Source: a virus. Taken from it: a stretch of 16,901 nt of DNA. The notes under the pieces are model-generated. The model did no database searches. It was not told where the DNA came from and was given only the letters and a program-made list of their open reading frames with translations. Location of the stretch: IMG/VR virus record IMGVR_UViG_3300035703_000557; one strand, given 5' to 3'. Numbering within the stretch: the first letter of the stretch is position 1; each line of letters starts with the position of its first letter. The translations under genes were made by a program, and so were the position numbers. This document shows positions 8,216 to 14,718 of this stretch, one piece after another.

Positions 8216-9135
8216 TGGGCTGGATACTCACTGGTCCCAAGGCCGAGACCTTCTCGCAGACCCGGGTCATGCCCGGGTCCGAGCACCAGTTCGAGCTGGT
8301 GTACGACGTCCAGTGGGTGCCGGACGGAACAAATCTGACGTTCCCGGCGGATGGGAACGACCAGCTGTTTGCCGTCGCGGGGCTGCCCAAGGTGCGCGAC
8401 CGCGTGCCGTCGGCGTTCCGGAACACTTCGCTGTACATGCGGGCGTACGTCTGCCGGCAGGTGCAGGCGTTCCCACGACCGGAAGGCCTGTACCAGTGGG
8501 AGGTCCGGTGCACCTTCGGCACCCTGCAGGTCACCGTTGCCGACGAGCAGGCCAAGTACGTCGCCGTCACCCGGCAGAGCGGGGTCCGCCAGGCGCAGGT
8601 GTGGCGGCTCGCGCCGACCTTCCCGGCCAACGGCAGCGTCACTTGGCCGACCGGAGTCGTCGACGTTGCGGGCACAAAGGTCGACCTCAATGGCAATCCG
8701 CCGGCCTACGAGGTGCCGCAGATGACCATCACGGTCGAAGTCCTGTGGGACCGGACGGCGGGCACTCCGGTCAATGCCGAGCCGCCCACGTCGACCTGGT
8801 CGACCTACGTCGGCAAGCGCAACGACGCGGCCTTCCTCGGCTGCGCCATCGGATCGCTGGTGTACCGGGGCTTCTCGGTGTCCCCACACCATGAGTGGTA
8901 CCGCATCCAGCACACGTTCCTGTGGGACGAGTGGTTCCACCTGGAGCAGGTGCCCGGGCCGATCCCGACCGGTGCACCCGCATGCACGACGGGCGTCACC
9001 GTGGCCGGCCTGGTCGTCCTGCAGGCCGACAAGGTCGTGTGGTTTCAGAAGTACCAGACGCTTGCCAACTTCAACAACATCGTCACCGCCCTCGAGCTGG
9101 CGGAGCTGACCGCACCAAAGCCCGCAGCAGTATGA
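8215..9135 (+). CDS. Minor tail protein (distal tail/baseplate position, 306 aa)
   Basis: TGATG overlap with the tape-measure candidate. Strong third-position GC. No motif recognised, so the call is positional only. Confidence 0.4.
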   Translation: MGWILTGPKAETFSQTRVMPGSEHQFELVYDVQWVPDGTNLTFPADGNDQLFAVAGLPKVRDRVPSAFRNTSLYMRAYVCRQVQAFPRPEGLYQWEVRCTFGTLQVTVADEQAKYVAVTRQSGVRQAQVWRLAPTFPANGSVTWPTGVVDVAGTKVDLNGNPPAYEVPQMTITVEVLWDRTAGTPVNAEPPTSTWSTYVGKRNDAAFLGCAIGSLVYRGFSVSPHHEWYRIQHTFLWDEWFHLEQVPGPIPTGAPACTTGVTVAGLVVLQADKVVWFQKYQTLANFNNIVTALELAELTAPKPAAV

Positions 9136-9659
9136 GCTGGCAGCGCCCCATTTTCGGACGCGGGATCCCTGGTGCCAACCGCGCCGTCGTGAACACGTGG
9201 ATGCGCGGCGCGTCGTCTGCCCTGGACAACGCCGACGTGATGCGGTGGGGCAGGGCGCAGATGGCCGCAGGGAACGTGGTGTCGCTTGGGCTGTGCAAGG
9301 TGAAATCCGCATTCCTCATCAGCCCCAACCGGTGGTCATACACCGTCGAGCACTGGTTCCCGCCGCCGCTGACCGGCTCGGGCATTACGCCGCCGTCCGA
9401 CCTCACGTTCAGCTACTCGAACGTGCAGAACCTGCGCGAATACCACAACACCGCGACGCGGGTGGACGGCATGGACATCACCAACCCGGCGGTCATCGTG
9501 GCCCCGGTCGGAAGCGTCTGGAACGGCACCGGCTTCGGACCCGTCGAGGGCGAGCTCAAGGCCAAGGTCAACGTCTACGTGGTCTACGCGACGGATGGTT
9601 CCGCGTGGCCGTACTTCGATCGCCCCAACCCGGTCGCTTGCGACACGGTGGAGTCATAG
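9132..9659 (+). CDS. Minor tail protein (175 aa)
   Basis: ATGA overlap at 9132-9135. The ORF track's longer version starting at 8895 lies inside the previous gene. Positional call only. Confidence 0.4.
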   Translation: MSWQRPIFGRGIPGANRAVVNTWMRGASSALDNADVMRWGRAQMAAGNVVSLGLCKVKSAFLISPNRWSYTVEHWFPPPLTGSGITPPSDLTFSYSNVQNLREYHNTATRVDGMDITNPAVIVAPVGSVWNGTGFGPVEGELKAKVNVYVVYATDGSAWPYFDRPNPVACDTVES

Positions 9660-9663
9660 CCCC

Positions 9664-10011
9664 ATGCCAAACGCAAGAATCGCCAGCGACATCGTCGGAC
9701 TCGTCATCGTGCCTGGCTGCAGCCGAGACCTGACGGTCGACGTGCAGAATCCAAACGGCACCCCGTTCGACCTGACCGGATACAGCGTCAAGGCCAAGGT
9801 CGAGCTCGGAACGGTCGAGACGACAATCACGGGGACGATCTCCAGCGCAGCTGGAGGCAATTCGAACGTCGTGATCCCGGCGTCGACCACCACGGATTGG
9901 CCCGCTGCCACCAACGGGGTGGTCACGCTGTACGCCGACCCGTCCGCGGGCAGCGAGAACGTGCACATTGCCACTGTCCTGTTCCGTACCTCCGCGGAGG
10001 TGGTCCCGTGA
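9664..10011 (+). CDS. Small tail protein with an Ig-like (BppU-N-like) sequence pattern (115 aa)
   Basis: The ATG at 9664 is 5 nt after the previous stop. DLTGYSVKAKVELG...ITGTIS...VVIPASTTTDW...GVVTLYAD resembles phage Ig-like baseplate domains. Confidence 0.35.
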   Translation: MPNARIASDIVGLVIVPGCSRDLTVDVQNPNGTPFDLTGYSVKAKVELGTVETTITGTISSAAGGNSNVVIPASTTTDWPAATNGVVTLYADPSAGSENVHIATVLFRTSAEVVP

Positions 10012-11618
10012 TTCGGTCGTTTCTTAGGAAAGGTGCAGTTTCCAAGGAAGCCGACTGCCTCGCCACCGCCGAGCCCAACCAGCCGGGCGGCCTGACCGCC
10101 ACGGCCGTAAGCACGACCACGATCTCGTTGTCTTGGACGGCCGACAGCACGGCCGCGCCTAACGAGGCGACCTCCTACGCGGTTGAGAGGTCCATCGACG
10201 GCCTCGGGTCGTGGAGCACCATCGCGACGAACCTCACATCGCCCTCGTACTCGGATGCGTCGCTGTCTGCATCGCAGACGCGGTACTACCGCGTGTCGGC
10301 GTACAACTGCTTCGGCGGTAGCCTCGCCAGCGCGACGGCGAACGCGACCACTCAGGCAGGCGGCCTATCCCCGTCTTGGTCGTTGGACTTCAGCAGCGGC
10401 ACCCCAAGCGGCTACACGCTTACCCGCGCCAGCAGCGGCACCTACCTGGACTCCTCGGGCTACGTCGCTTCGGCGGCCTCGGACATCGCCCGACTGACCC
10501 ACGACAGCAGCGGCACGAGGCTCGGGCTTCTTGTGGAGGAAAGCAGGACGAACGAGGTGACGCAAAGCGCGGACCTCTCCACCACGTGGATCCGCGACGG
10601 AATCCAGGCGTTCGGATCCGGAAGTACCGCAAACGCTGCAACGGCGCCCGACAACACGACGACCGCAGACCTCGTTACGGAAACAACTGTTTCGGGCCGC
10701 CACGGCGTGTATTCAAACGCCAATGGTTTCAATCTTCCATTTAACACGCAGTACACGATTTCCATCTATGCAAAGAAGCCAGCGACAAATGGCCGCGATC
10801 ACGTGTCGGTCGGTGTCAGCTTCGGTTCTGGAAATGGAATCGTCGTATTCGATGTCGTAAACGGCACCTACACGGGCAACAATGGATGGGGCGGCGGCAC
10901 CTTGCACGGCTACGGCATTTCTGCGGCCGGGAACGGGTGGTACCGGTGCACCGTTACCTTCAGTTTCTCTGGCACCGGCAACGCAACTACGGGATCGGTG
11001 CGGGTGGGCCCGGCGATCTCTACCGCAACCAACTCGTTTGGCCTCCCTGCTTACCAAGGGAACGGCACATCTGGCATCCTGTTGTGGGGTGCTCAGATGG
11101 AAACGGGGTCCAGCGCGACGGCGTACATCCCGACGACGACGGCAACAGTTACCCGTAGCGCAGACCTCGCCCACGTCCTGGACTCGTCCATCACCTCCTG
11201 GGGCGACCCCGGTGCCGTGGTCGTCCAGTTCTACCCGCCTGGCAAGGCCGGGACGCTCTTGTCCACCGACGATGCGGCTACCGCGCAGGTGGGCATCGAA
11301 GCCAGCAGCACGACTGCGGCGCGGGCGTTCTGGTCATCGGGCAACACCGCTACGGGAACCATCGGCACCGGAGTGCAGAAGGCCGTCCACTACTGGAACG
11401 GCAGCACGTCGAAGTTCTGCATCAACGGCGGCACGGTGCAGAGCGGCACGAACAACCTGACCATCGCGAACACCGACTTTGTCACGCTCGGCGCCGAGGC
11501 CACAGAAAGCAGCGGGGTGCCGGGGACGTTCTCGCAGTACGCAAACTGCGTGATCCGTAAGGTCGAGTTCTACAGCGGCACCCTGACCGACGCGAACCTC
11601 CAGACGATCACCACATGA
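10008..11618 (+). CDS. Tail fiber / receptor-binding protein: FN3 domain plus ConA-like (LamG/CBM-type) jelly-roll domains
   Basis: GTGA overlap start. Residues about 24-115 are FN3-like (GGLTATAVSTTTISLSWTA...SYAVERS...YYRVSAYN). They are followed by LLVEESRTNEV..S.DL...W, NGWYRCTVTF and LLWGAQMETGSSATAYIPTTTATVTRSADL, which is typical of phage carbohydrate-binding fiber modules. GC is lower around 10700-10900. Confidence 0.6.
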   Translation: MIRSFLRKGAVSKEADCLATAEPNQPGGLTATAVSTTTISLSWTADSTAAPNEATSYAVERSIDGLGSWSTIATNLTSPSYSDASLSASQTRYYRVSAYNCFGGSLASATANATTQAGGLSPSWSLDFSSGTPSGYTLTRASSGTYLDSSGYVASAASDIARLTHDSSGTRLGLLVEESRTNEVTQSADLSTTWIRDGIQAFGSGSTANAATAPDNTTTADLVTETTVSGRHGVYSNANGFNLPFNTQYTISIYAKKPATNGRDHVSVGVSFGSGNGIVVFDVVNGTYTGNNGWGGGTLHGYGISAAGNGWYRCTVTFSFSGTGNATTGSVRVGPAISTATNSFGLPAYQGNGTSGILLWGAQMETGSSATAYIPTTTATVTRSADLAHVLDSSITSWGDPGAVVVQFYPPGKAGTLLSTDDAATAQVGIEASSTTAARAFWSSGNTATGTIGTGVQKAVHYWNGSTSKFCINGGTVQSGTNNLTIANTDFVTLGAEATESSGVPGTFSQYANCVIRKVEFYSGTLTDANLQTITT

Positions 11619-11902
11619 TGCACGACTACCGCCTCCGCTTCCCGACCCGCGCCATGGCCGAGGCGACCCTTGCCGTGGCCGGCATCCCCAACGGTTTTAG
11701 CACCGACTACTCGGTCGATCACATCGGGCCGATCACCATCGAGCCGGCCGTGATGGACGGCGACGAGGAGCTGGTCCCGGCCGTGATCGACGCCGGGCAC
11801 CACGTGAACCTCCGCAGCCGGCAGGAGCTGACCGAGGACCAGCTGGAGCCGCTGGTCGAGGCCATGGTCTTCCCCGTCAACCCGAAGCGCGTCTGGTCAT
11901 GA
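11615..11902 (+). CDS. Hypothetical protein (95 aa)
   Basis: ATGA overlaps at both ends and high GC3. It sits downstream of the fiber gene, so a fiber-assembly role is possible but unsupported. Confidence 0.5.
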   Translation: MMHDYRLRFPTRAMAEATLAVAGIPNGFSTDYSVDHIGPITIEPAVMDGDEELVPAVIDAGHHVNLRSRQELTEDQLEPLVEAMVFPVNPKRVWS

Positions 11903-12192
11903 AGGCCGCCGTCGCCATCCTCGCGCTGTCCAGCTGCTCGGCCACCGCGACCATCGCGGAGGAGACGAACGCCGTGCGGCTCCGTGCCACCAGCGCACAG
12001 AAGCACATGGCCGTCGTGCAGGCCGACCTTGAGGCCATCCAAGTGGCGGCCGCCGAGGTCCACGCCGCTCTCCCAGGCGCCGAGGACCGCGACTCCCAGC
12101 TGCTCACGACAATCCAGTACGTCTTCATCGGCGGTGGCGTCATGGCCGTTTGCGCGACCGTGTATTGGCTCATCAACAAGGCAAAGAAATGA
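11899..12192 (+). CDS. Putative lipoprotein with a C-terminal transmembrane anchor (97 aa; u-spanin-like topology)
   Basis: N-terminal MKAAVAILALSSC gives a signal-like hydrophobic stretch plus an L-S-S-C lipobox. The C-terminal LLTTIQYVFIGGGVMAVCATVYWLI is followed by NKAKK. The middle is a helical, soluble 60 aa or so. Confidence 0.5.
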   Translation: MKAAVAILALSSCSATATIAEETNAVRLRATSAQKHMAVVQADLEAIQVAAAEVHAALPGAEDRDSQLLTTIQYVFIGGGVMAVCATVYWLINKAKK

Positions 12193-12329
12193 CCACCGAC
12201 CAGGCATCCATCCTGCTGTTCATCACGCTTGCCGTCGCGTTCCTCTCAGGCTGCACCGTGGGTGCGACCTGGAAGGGCGCCCGCACCTCCAACAAGAAGA
12301 AGGTTCGCCATGCCGCTGCTCGCTGACGC
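12189..12329 (+). CDS. Small membrane/lipobox protein (46 aa)
   Basis: Below the ORF-track cutoff. ATGA overlap at 12189-12192. Translation: MTTDQASILLFITLAVAFLSGCTVGATWKGARTSNKKKVRHAAAR. It has one hydrophobic helix ending in an L-S-G-C lipobox and a basic tail. GC3 is about 82%. Confidence 0.45.
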
Positions 12330-12420
12330 CTCGTCATTCCTCGGCTCCCTCTGGTTCGCGCTGCTGCTCGGCTGCATCGGCGTCGGCTTTGGGTTCTGGT
12401 ACTGCCGGAAGTCGAAGTGA
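12310..12420 (+). CDS. Small single-TM peptide (36 aa), holin- or toxin-like
   Basis: The ATG at 12310 has GAAGG about 7 nt upstream. Translation: MPLLADASSFLGSLWFALLLGCIGVGFGFWYCRKSK. GC3 is about 92%. It overlaps the previous ORF by 20 nt. Confidence 0.45.
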   Translation: MPLLADASSFLGSLWFALLLGCIGVGFGFWYCRKSK

Positions 12421-13307
12421 TCAGGCGGTGCTGCTGCGGCGGTGGATCGCAACAGGAGGGGAACTCCGAGTGCGTTCCGCTGTGCACTGGCACCAACGTC
12501 TACAACTTCACCATCGCGCTGTCGCACGAAGGGTGGTCTCGCGGGACTCCGGGAACGGAGAGTGACTTTGAGCAGCCGGCGAGCTGTGCGCCTGGTTGCT
12601 GCGGCGGCCGGTACAAAGAGGTCCGCAAGCGAGAGAACGTCGTCGGAAAGTACACGGGACGTGCGCATGCTGATGGATTGTTTCCGAGCAGCGATCTGTG
12701 TGAATGCTGCAAGATCGATTCAGTGGACATCGTTACGCCAGCCGGCAGCTGGTCCGCAGACTTTGTCTACACGTACGCCACCAACACCATGGTGCGCAAC
12801 AACTACGTGGAGGACTTCAACTACACGAACAGTCTTACGGCGAAAATGTGGACGTGCGTGCTGCACCCGTCAAACGATTATTTCGACTGCCAGTGCGCTG
12901 GTCCGGCAGGGTTGTTTGACGTTCTCGAGATCAATGCTGGCGGCATCAATCTCGTCGACTTTGACTACAACGCGGGCGCTGGAAACTGCGGGTTAGACGG
13001 AACCAGCACGTATTTCTCCAATCACAACGTGAGGCTGTTCTACGTGAAGCCAGTGCCGTTCGCGACCTGTCGGACGCTTGCCGGGACGTACCGCCTCGCT
13101 TGCGCCCGGTACATCGTGCCATATACGCCGTGGGTGTATTGGGGTGCTTTCGGTGCCACTGAGTTGCTGTGCAGCTACCGAAAGTTCGTGAACACGGGCG
13201 GTAGCTGCTGGATCGAGGAGCTGGGCGACTGCTTCGCCAACGACCCGATCTACTCTTGCGGCCCTGACGCCGGTTTTAACGTCCCAAAGACGGTGGTGGT
13301 CACGTGA
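12417..13307 (+). CDS. Cysteine-rich protein of unknown function (296 aa, 21 Cys)
   Basis: GTGA overlap with the 36-aa peptide gene. The N-terminus is MIRRCCCGGGS, with further clusters CAPGCCGG, LCECC and DCQC. Codon third positions favour G/C, so it looks coding, but overall GC is only about 52% (31/60 by hand for 12781-12840). No family recognised. Confidence 0.6.
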   Translation: MIRRCCCGGGSQQEGNSECVPLCTGTNVYNFTIALSHEGWSRGTPGTESDFEQPASCAPGCCGGRYKEVRKRENVVGKYTGRAHADGLFPSSDLCECCKIDSVDIVTPAGSWSADFVYTYATNTMVRNNYVEDFNYTNSLTAKMWTCVLHPSNDYFDCQCAGPAGLFDVLEINAGGINLVDFDYNAGAGNCGLDGTSTYFSNHNVRLFYVKPVPFATCRTLAGTYRLACARYIVPYTPWVYWGAFGATELLCSYRKFVNTGGSCWIEELGDCFANDPIYSCGPDAGFNVPKTVVVT

Positions 13308-13618
13308 GGTACGTGGGCATCCAGGACAACCCGCACCTTCCGGAGGACGTCCGCCGTGACTTGGCCAGGCTCAGGGAGGCCCAAGGCCAGCCAGGCCTGG
13401 GCGACCTCGTCCAGGCGGCTACGACGGCTGCCGGCGTACAGCCGTGCGGGCGGTGCAAGCGCACCCGGGACGCCATGAACCGTCTGACGCCGTCCTGGGT
13501 GCGGCGTGCGCTATCGGCGCTTGGTCTTCGGCCGGCGGGTCGCAAGCCGGATCACCACGTACAGCACGATGGCGAACGGCAGGATCGGCAGGCACCAACT
13601 GACGGCCACCAGCCCTAG
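13304..13618 (+). CDS. Small CxxC protein (104 aa as an open frame; conserved-looking core ends near 13495)
   Basis: GTGA overlap start. GLGDLVQAATTAAGVQPCGRCKRTRDAMNRL has a CxxC motif and high GC3. After about 13500 the frame becomes low-complexity and is antisense to a better-looking minus-strand ORF. Confidence 0.45.
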   Translation: MRYVGIQDNPHLPEDVRRDLARLREAQGQPGLGDLVQAATTAAGVQPCGRCKRTRDAMNRLTPSWVRRALSALGLRPAGRKPDHHVQHDGERQDRQAPTDGHQP

Positions 13619-13657
13619 ACCAATTGCAGCACTGATTACTTCCTCCGGATTCTGCAT
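13511..13657 (-). CDS. Small transmembrane peptide (48 aa); the only plausible minus-strand gene
   Basis: Reverse-strand translation: MQNPEEVISAAIGLGLVAVSWCLPILPFAIVLYVVIRLATRRPKTKRR. This is one TM helix plus a basic tail. GC3 is about 90% over the last 34 codons. No clear SD. It is below the ORF-track size cutoff. Confidence 0.4.
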   Translation of the reverse strand: MQNPEEVISAAIGLGLVAVSWCLPILPFAIVLYVVIRLATRRPKTKRR

Positions 13658-13677
13658 ACGGGGAGTAGACTACCAGT

Positions 13678-13929
13678 GTGGCAAGGATCCCGAAATGGGC
13701 CTCCGACCACCGCAAGGACGTGTGTGAGTTCGGGTGCGTGCTGAAAGCTTCCAGCGACCGCTGGCACGTTGTCACGTACCTTGGCAAGGGGTGGTTCCGC
13801 GGCGGCGTCATGCGCTGGCGGCACGGCCCCAGCTTCGAGCGTGCCCAGGAGTGGTGCGACCGGGTGAACGCCGACAGGGCGAAGTGGCGGCAGCAGCAGG
13901 TGCAGCGGAAGGGTCGCGGCTTTACATAA
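13678..13929 (+). CDS. Hypothetical basic Trp-rich protein (83 aa), first gene of the early/regulatory block
   Basis: GTG start, GC3 about 85%, TAA stop followed by a palindrome. TAGACT lies 6 nt upstream of the start, so the transcript may be leaderless. Confidence 0.5.
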   Translation: MARIPKWASDHRKDVCEFGCVLKASSDRWHVVTYLGKGWFRGGVMRWRHGPSFERAQEWCDRVNADRAKWRQQQVQRKGRGFT

Positions 13930-13938
13930 TCCGGCCGG

Positions 13939-13956
13939 GGTGCCCGACCGGGCACC
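13939..13956 (+). terminator. Palindrome/hairpin after the 83-aa gene (terminator or protein-binding site)
   Basis: GGTGCCCG-AC-CGGGCACC, two 8-nt arms, starting 10 nt after the TAA stop. A 2-nt centre means the real hairpin would be a 6-bp stem with a 6-nt loop. Confidence 0.35.
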
Positions 13957-13964
13957 GAATGTGA

Positions 13965-14004
13965 TTGACCGGACACCATAATGTCGATACCTTGTTGGTC
14001 GACA
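13965..14004 (+). promoter_or_regulatory. Sigma-70/SigA-like promoter with an inverted repeat flanking the -10 element (candidate operator)
   Basis: TTGACC (13965-13970), a 17-nt spacer, then TACCTT (13988-13993). The inverted repeat is TGTCGA (13982-13987) and TCGACA (13999-14004), 11 nt apart, bracketing the -10. It lies 73 nt upstream of the RHH gene. Confidence 0.45.
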
Positions 14005-14076
14005 GGCCCAAGGTCCGGAACGCAGAAGGTCTGCTAATCGGCGATATGGGCCTGCGATTCATGGAGGAATTGCAGC

Positions 14077-14286
14077 ATGTCCCGCAGGAAAGATGAGCGC
14101 CCACAGGTGGTGCAGGACACCCGCGTGCAGGTCGGCCTCGACCGCACGACGAACGACCTGCTGACCGCCCTGGCCAAGTTCGACGGGTCCAGCAAGGTCC
14201 ACGTCATCCGCCAGCTCGTCCGGGCGGCGGCCCGCACCCATTACGGCAGCCTCGAGAACGCGCTGCTGGAGGTGCGCAGTGCTTGA
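14077..14286 (+). CDS. Ribbon-helix-helix (CopG/Arc-like) DNA-binding protein
   Basis: GGAGGA sits 8 nt upstream of the ATG. TRVQVGLD (beta strand) followed by RTTNDLLTALAKFDGSSKVHVIRQLVRAAA (two helices) fits the RHH layout. 69 aa. Confidence 0.6.
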   Translation: MSRRKDERPQVVQDTRVQVGLDRTTNDLLTALAKFDGSSKVHVIRQLVRAAARTHYGSLENALLEVRSA

Positions 14287-14401
14287 CCTCGTCATCATCT
14301 TCGCGACAGTGCTCGGCACCCTGGCGTGGGCCGTGCTCTGCCGCCCCGAACATGAAGCCTGCCGCCCCGTCGACAAGGTCGAGGAGGTGAGCCGTGGCTA
14401 A
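14279..14401 (+). CDS. Small membrane peptide (40 aa)
   Basis: GTG at 14279 overlaps the RHH gene end by 8 nt. Translation: VLDLVIIFATVLGTLAWAVLCRPEHEACRPVDKVEEVSRG. GC3 is about 85%. Below the ORF-track cutoff. Confidence 0.35.
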   Translation: MLDLVIIFATVLGTLAWAVLCRPEHEACRPVDKVEEVSRG

Positions 14402-14708
14402 CCGAAACGTGGTTTCCGACCTCCATCGGGCGGGATGCGATTCAGCGACGAGTGTCGCGGCATCCCAGCCCGATGAGAGGGATCTTTGCTACTACAAGAC
14501 GCTCGGCGCGGCGCTACAGCTCGAGATCGACCGGCTGGAAGTCAAGCAGGCGCTGGCTGCGGAGGTGCTGCGGACCCTCATCGAGCGGTACCGCACGGTC
14601 GTGTCGGACGCCGACGCAGGCAGGCTGGGGGAGCAGGACGCCATCAAGCGCCTCGACAACCTCGCCAACGCAGCATTCCACTCCATCACCAAACTGCTGA
14701 CCCGCTGA
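14394..14708 (+). CDS. Hypothetical helical protein (104 aa)
   Basis: GTG start with GAGGAGG 6 nt upstream. It sits directly upstream of the helicase gene. No motif recognised. Confidence 0.5.
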   Translation: MANRNVVSDLHRAGCDSATSVAASQPDERDLCYYKTLGAALQLEIDRLEVKQALAAEVLRTLIERYRTVVSDADAGRLGEQDAIKRLDNLANAAFHSITKLLTR

Positions 14709-14718
14709 GGGAGGATCG

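Noticed and set aside
8215-9659. Possible hidden peptidoglycan hydrolase domain in the minor tail proteins.
   Set aside because: I could see no lysozyme, NlpC/P60, M23, amidase or transglycosylase signature motifs. The proteins are left as positional minor tail proteins.
12454-12472. A strong AGGAGG at 12454-12459 followed by GTG at 12470, suggesting an internal start for the Cys-rich gene.
   Set aside because: That GTG is out of frame with the 296-aa ORF and opens only a 32-codon Arg/His-rich frame. In the main frame the AGGAGG simply encodes QEG.
13419-13979. 186-aa minus-strand ORF spanning the strand-switch region.
   Set aside because: It overlaps three better-supported features: the 48-aa TM ORF in another frame, the 83-aa + gene with about 85% GC3, and the promoter region. 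Its sequence is low-complexity.
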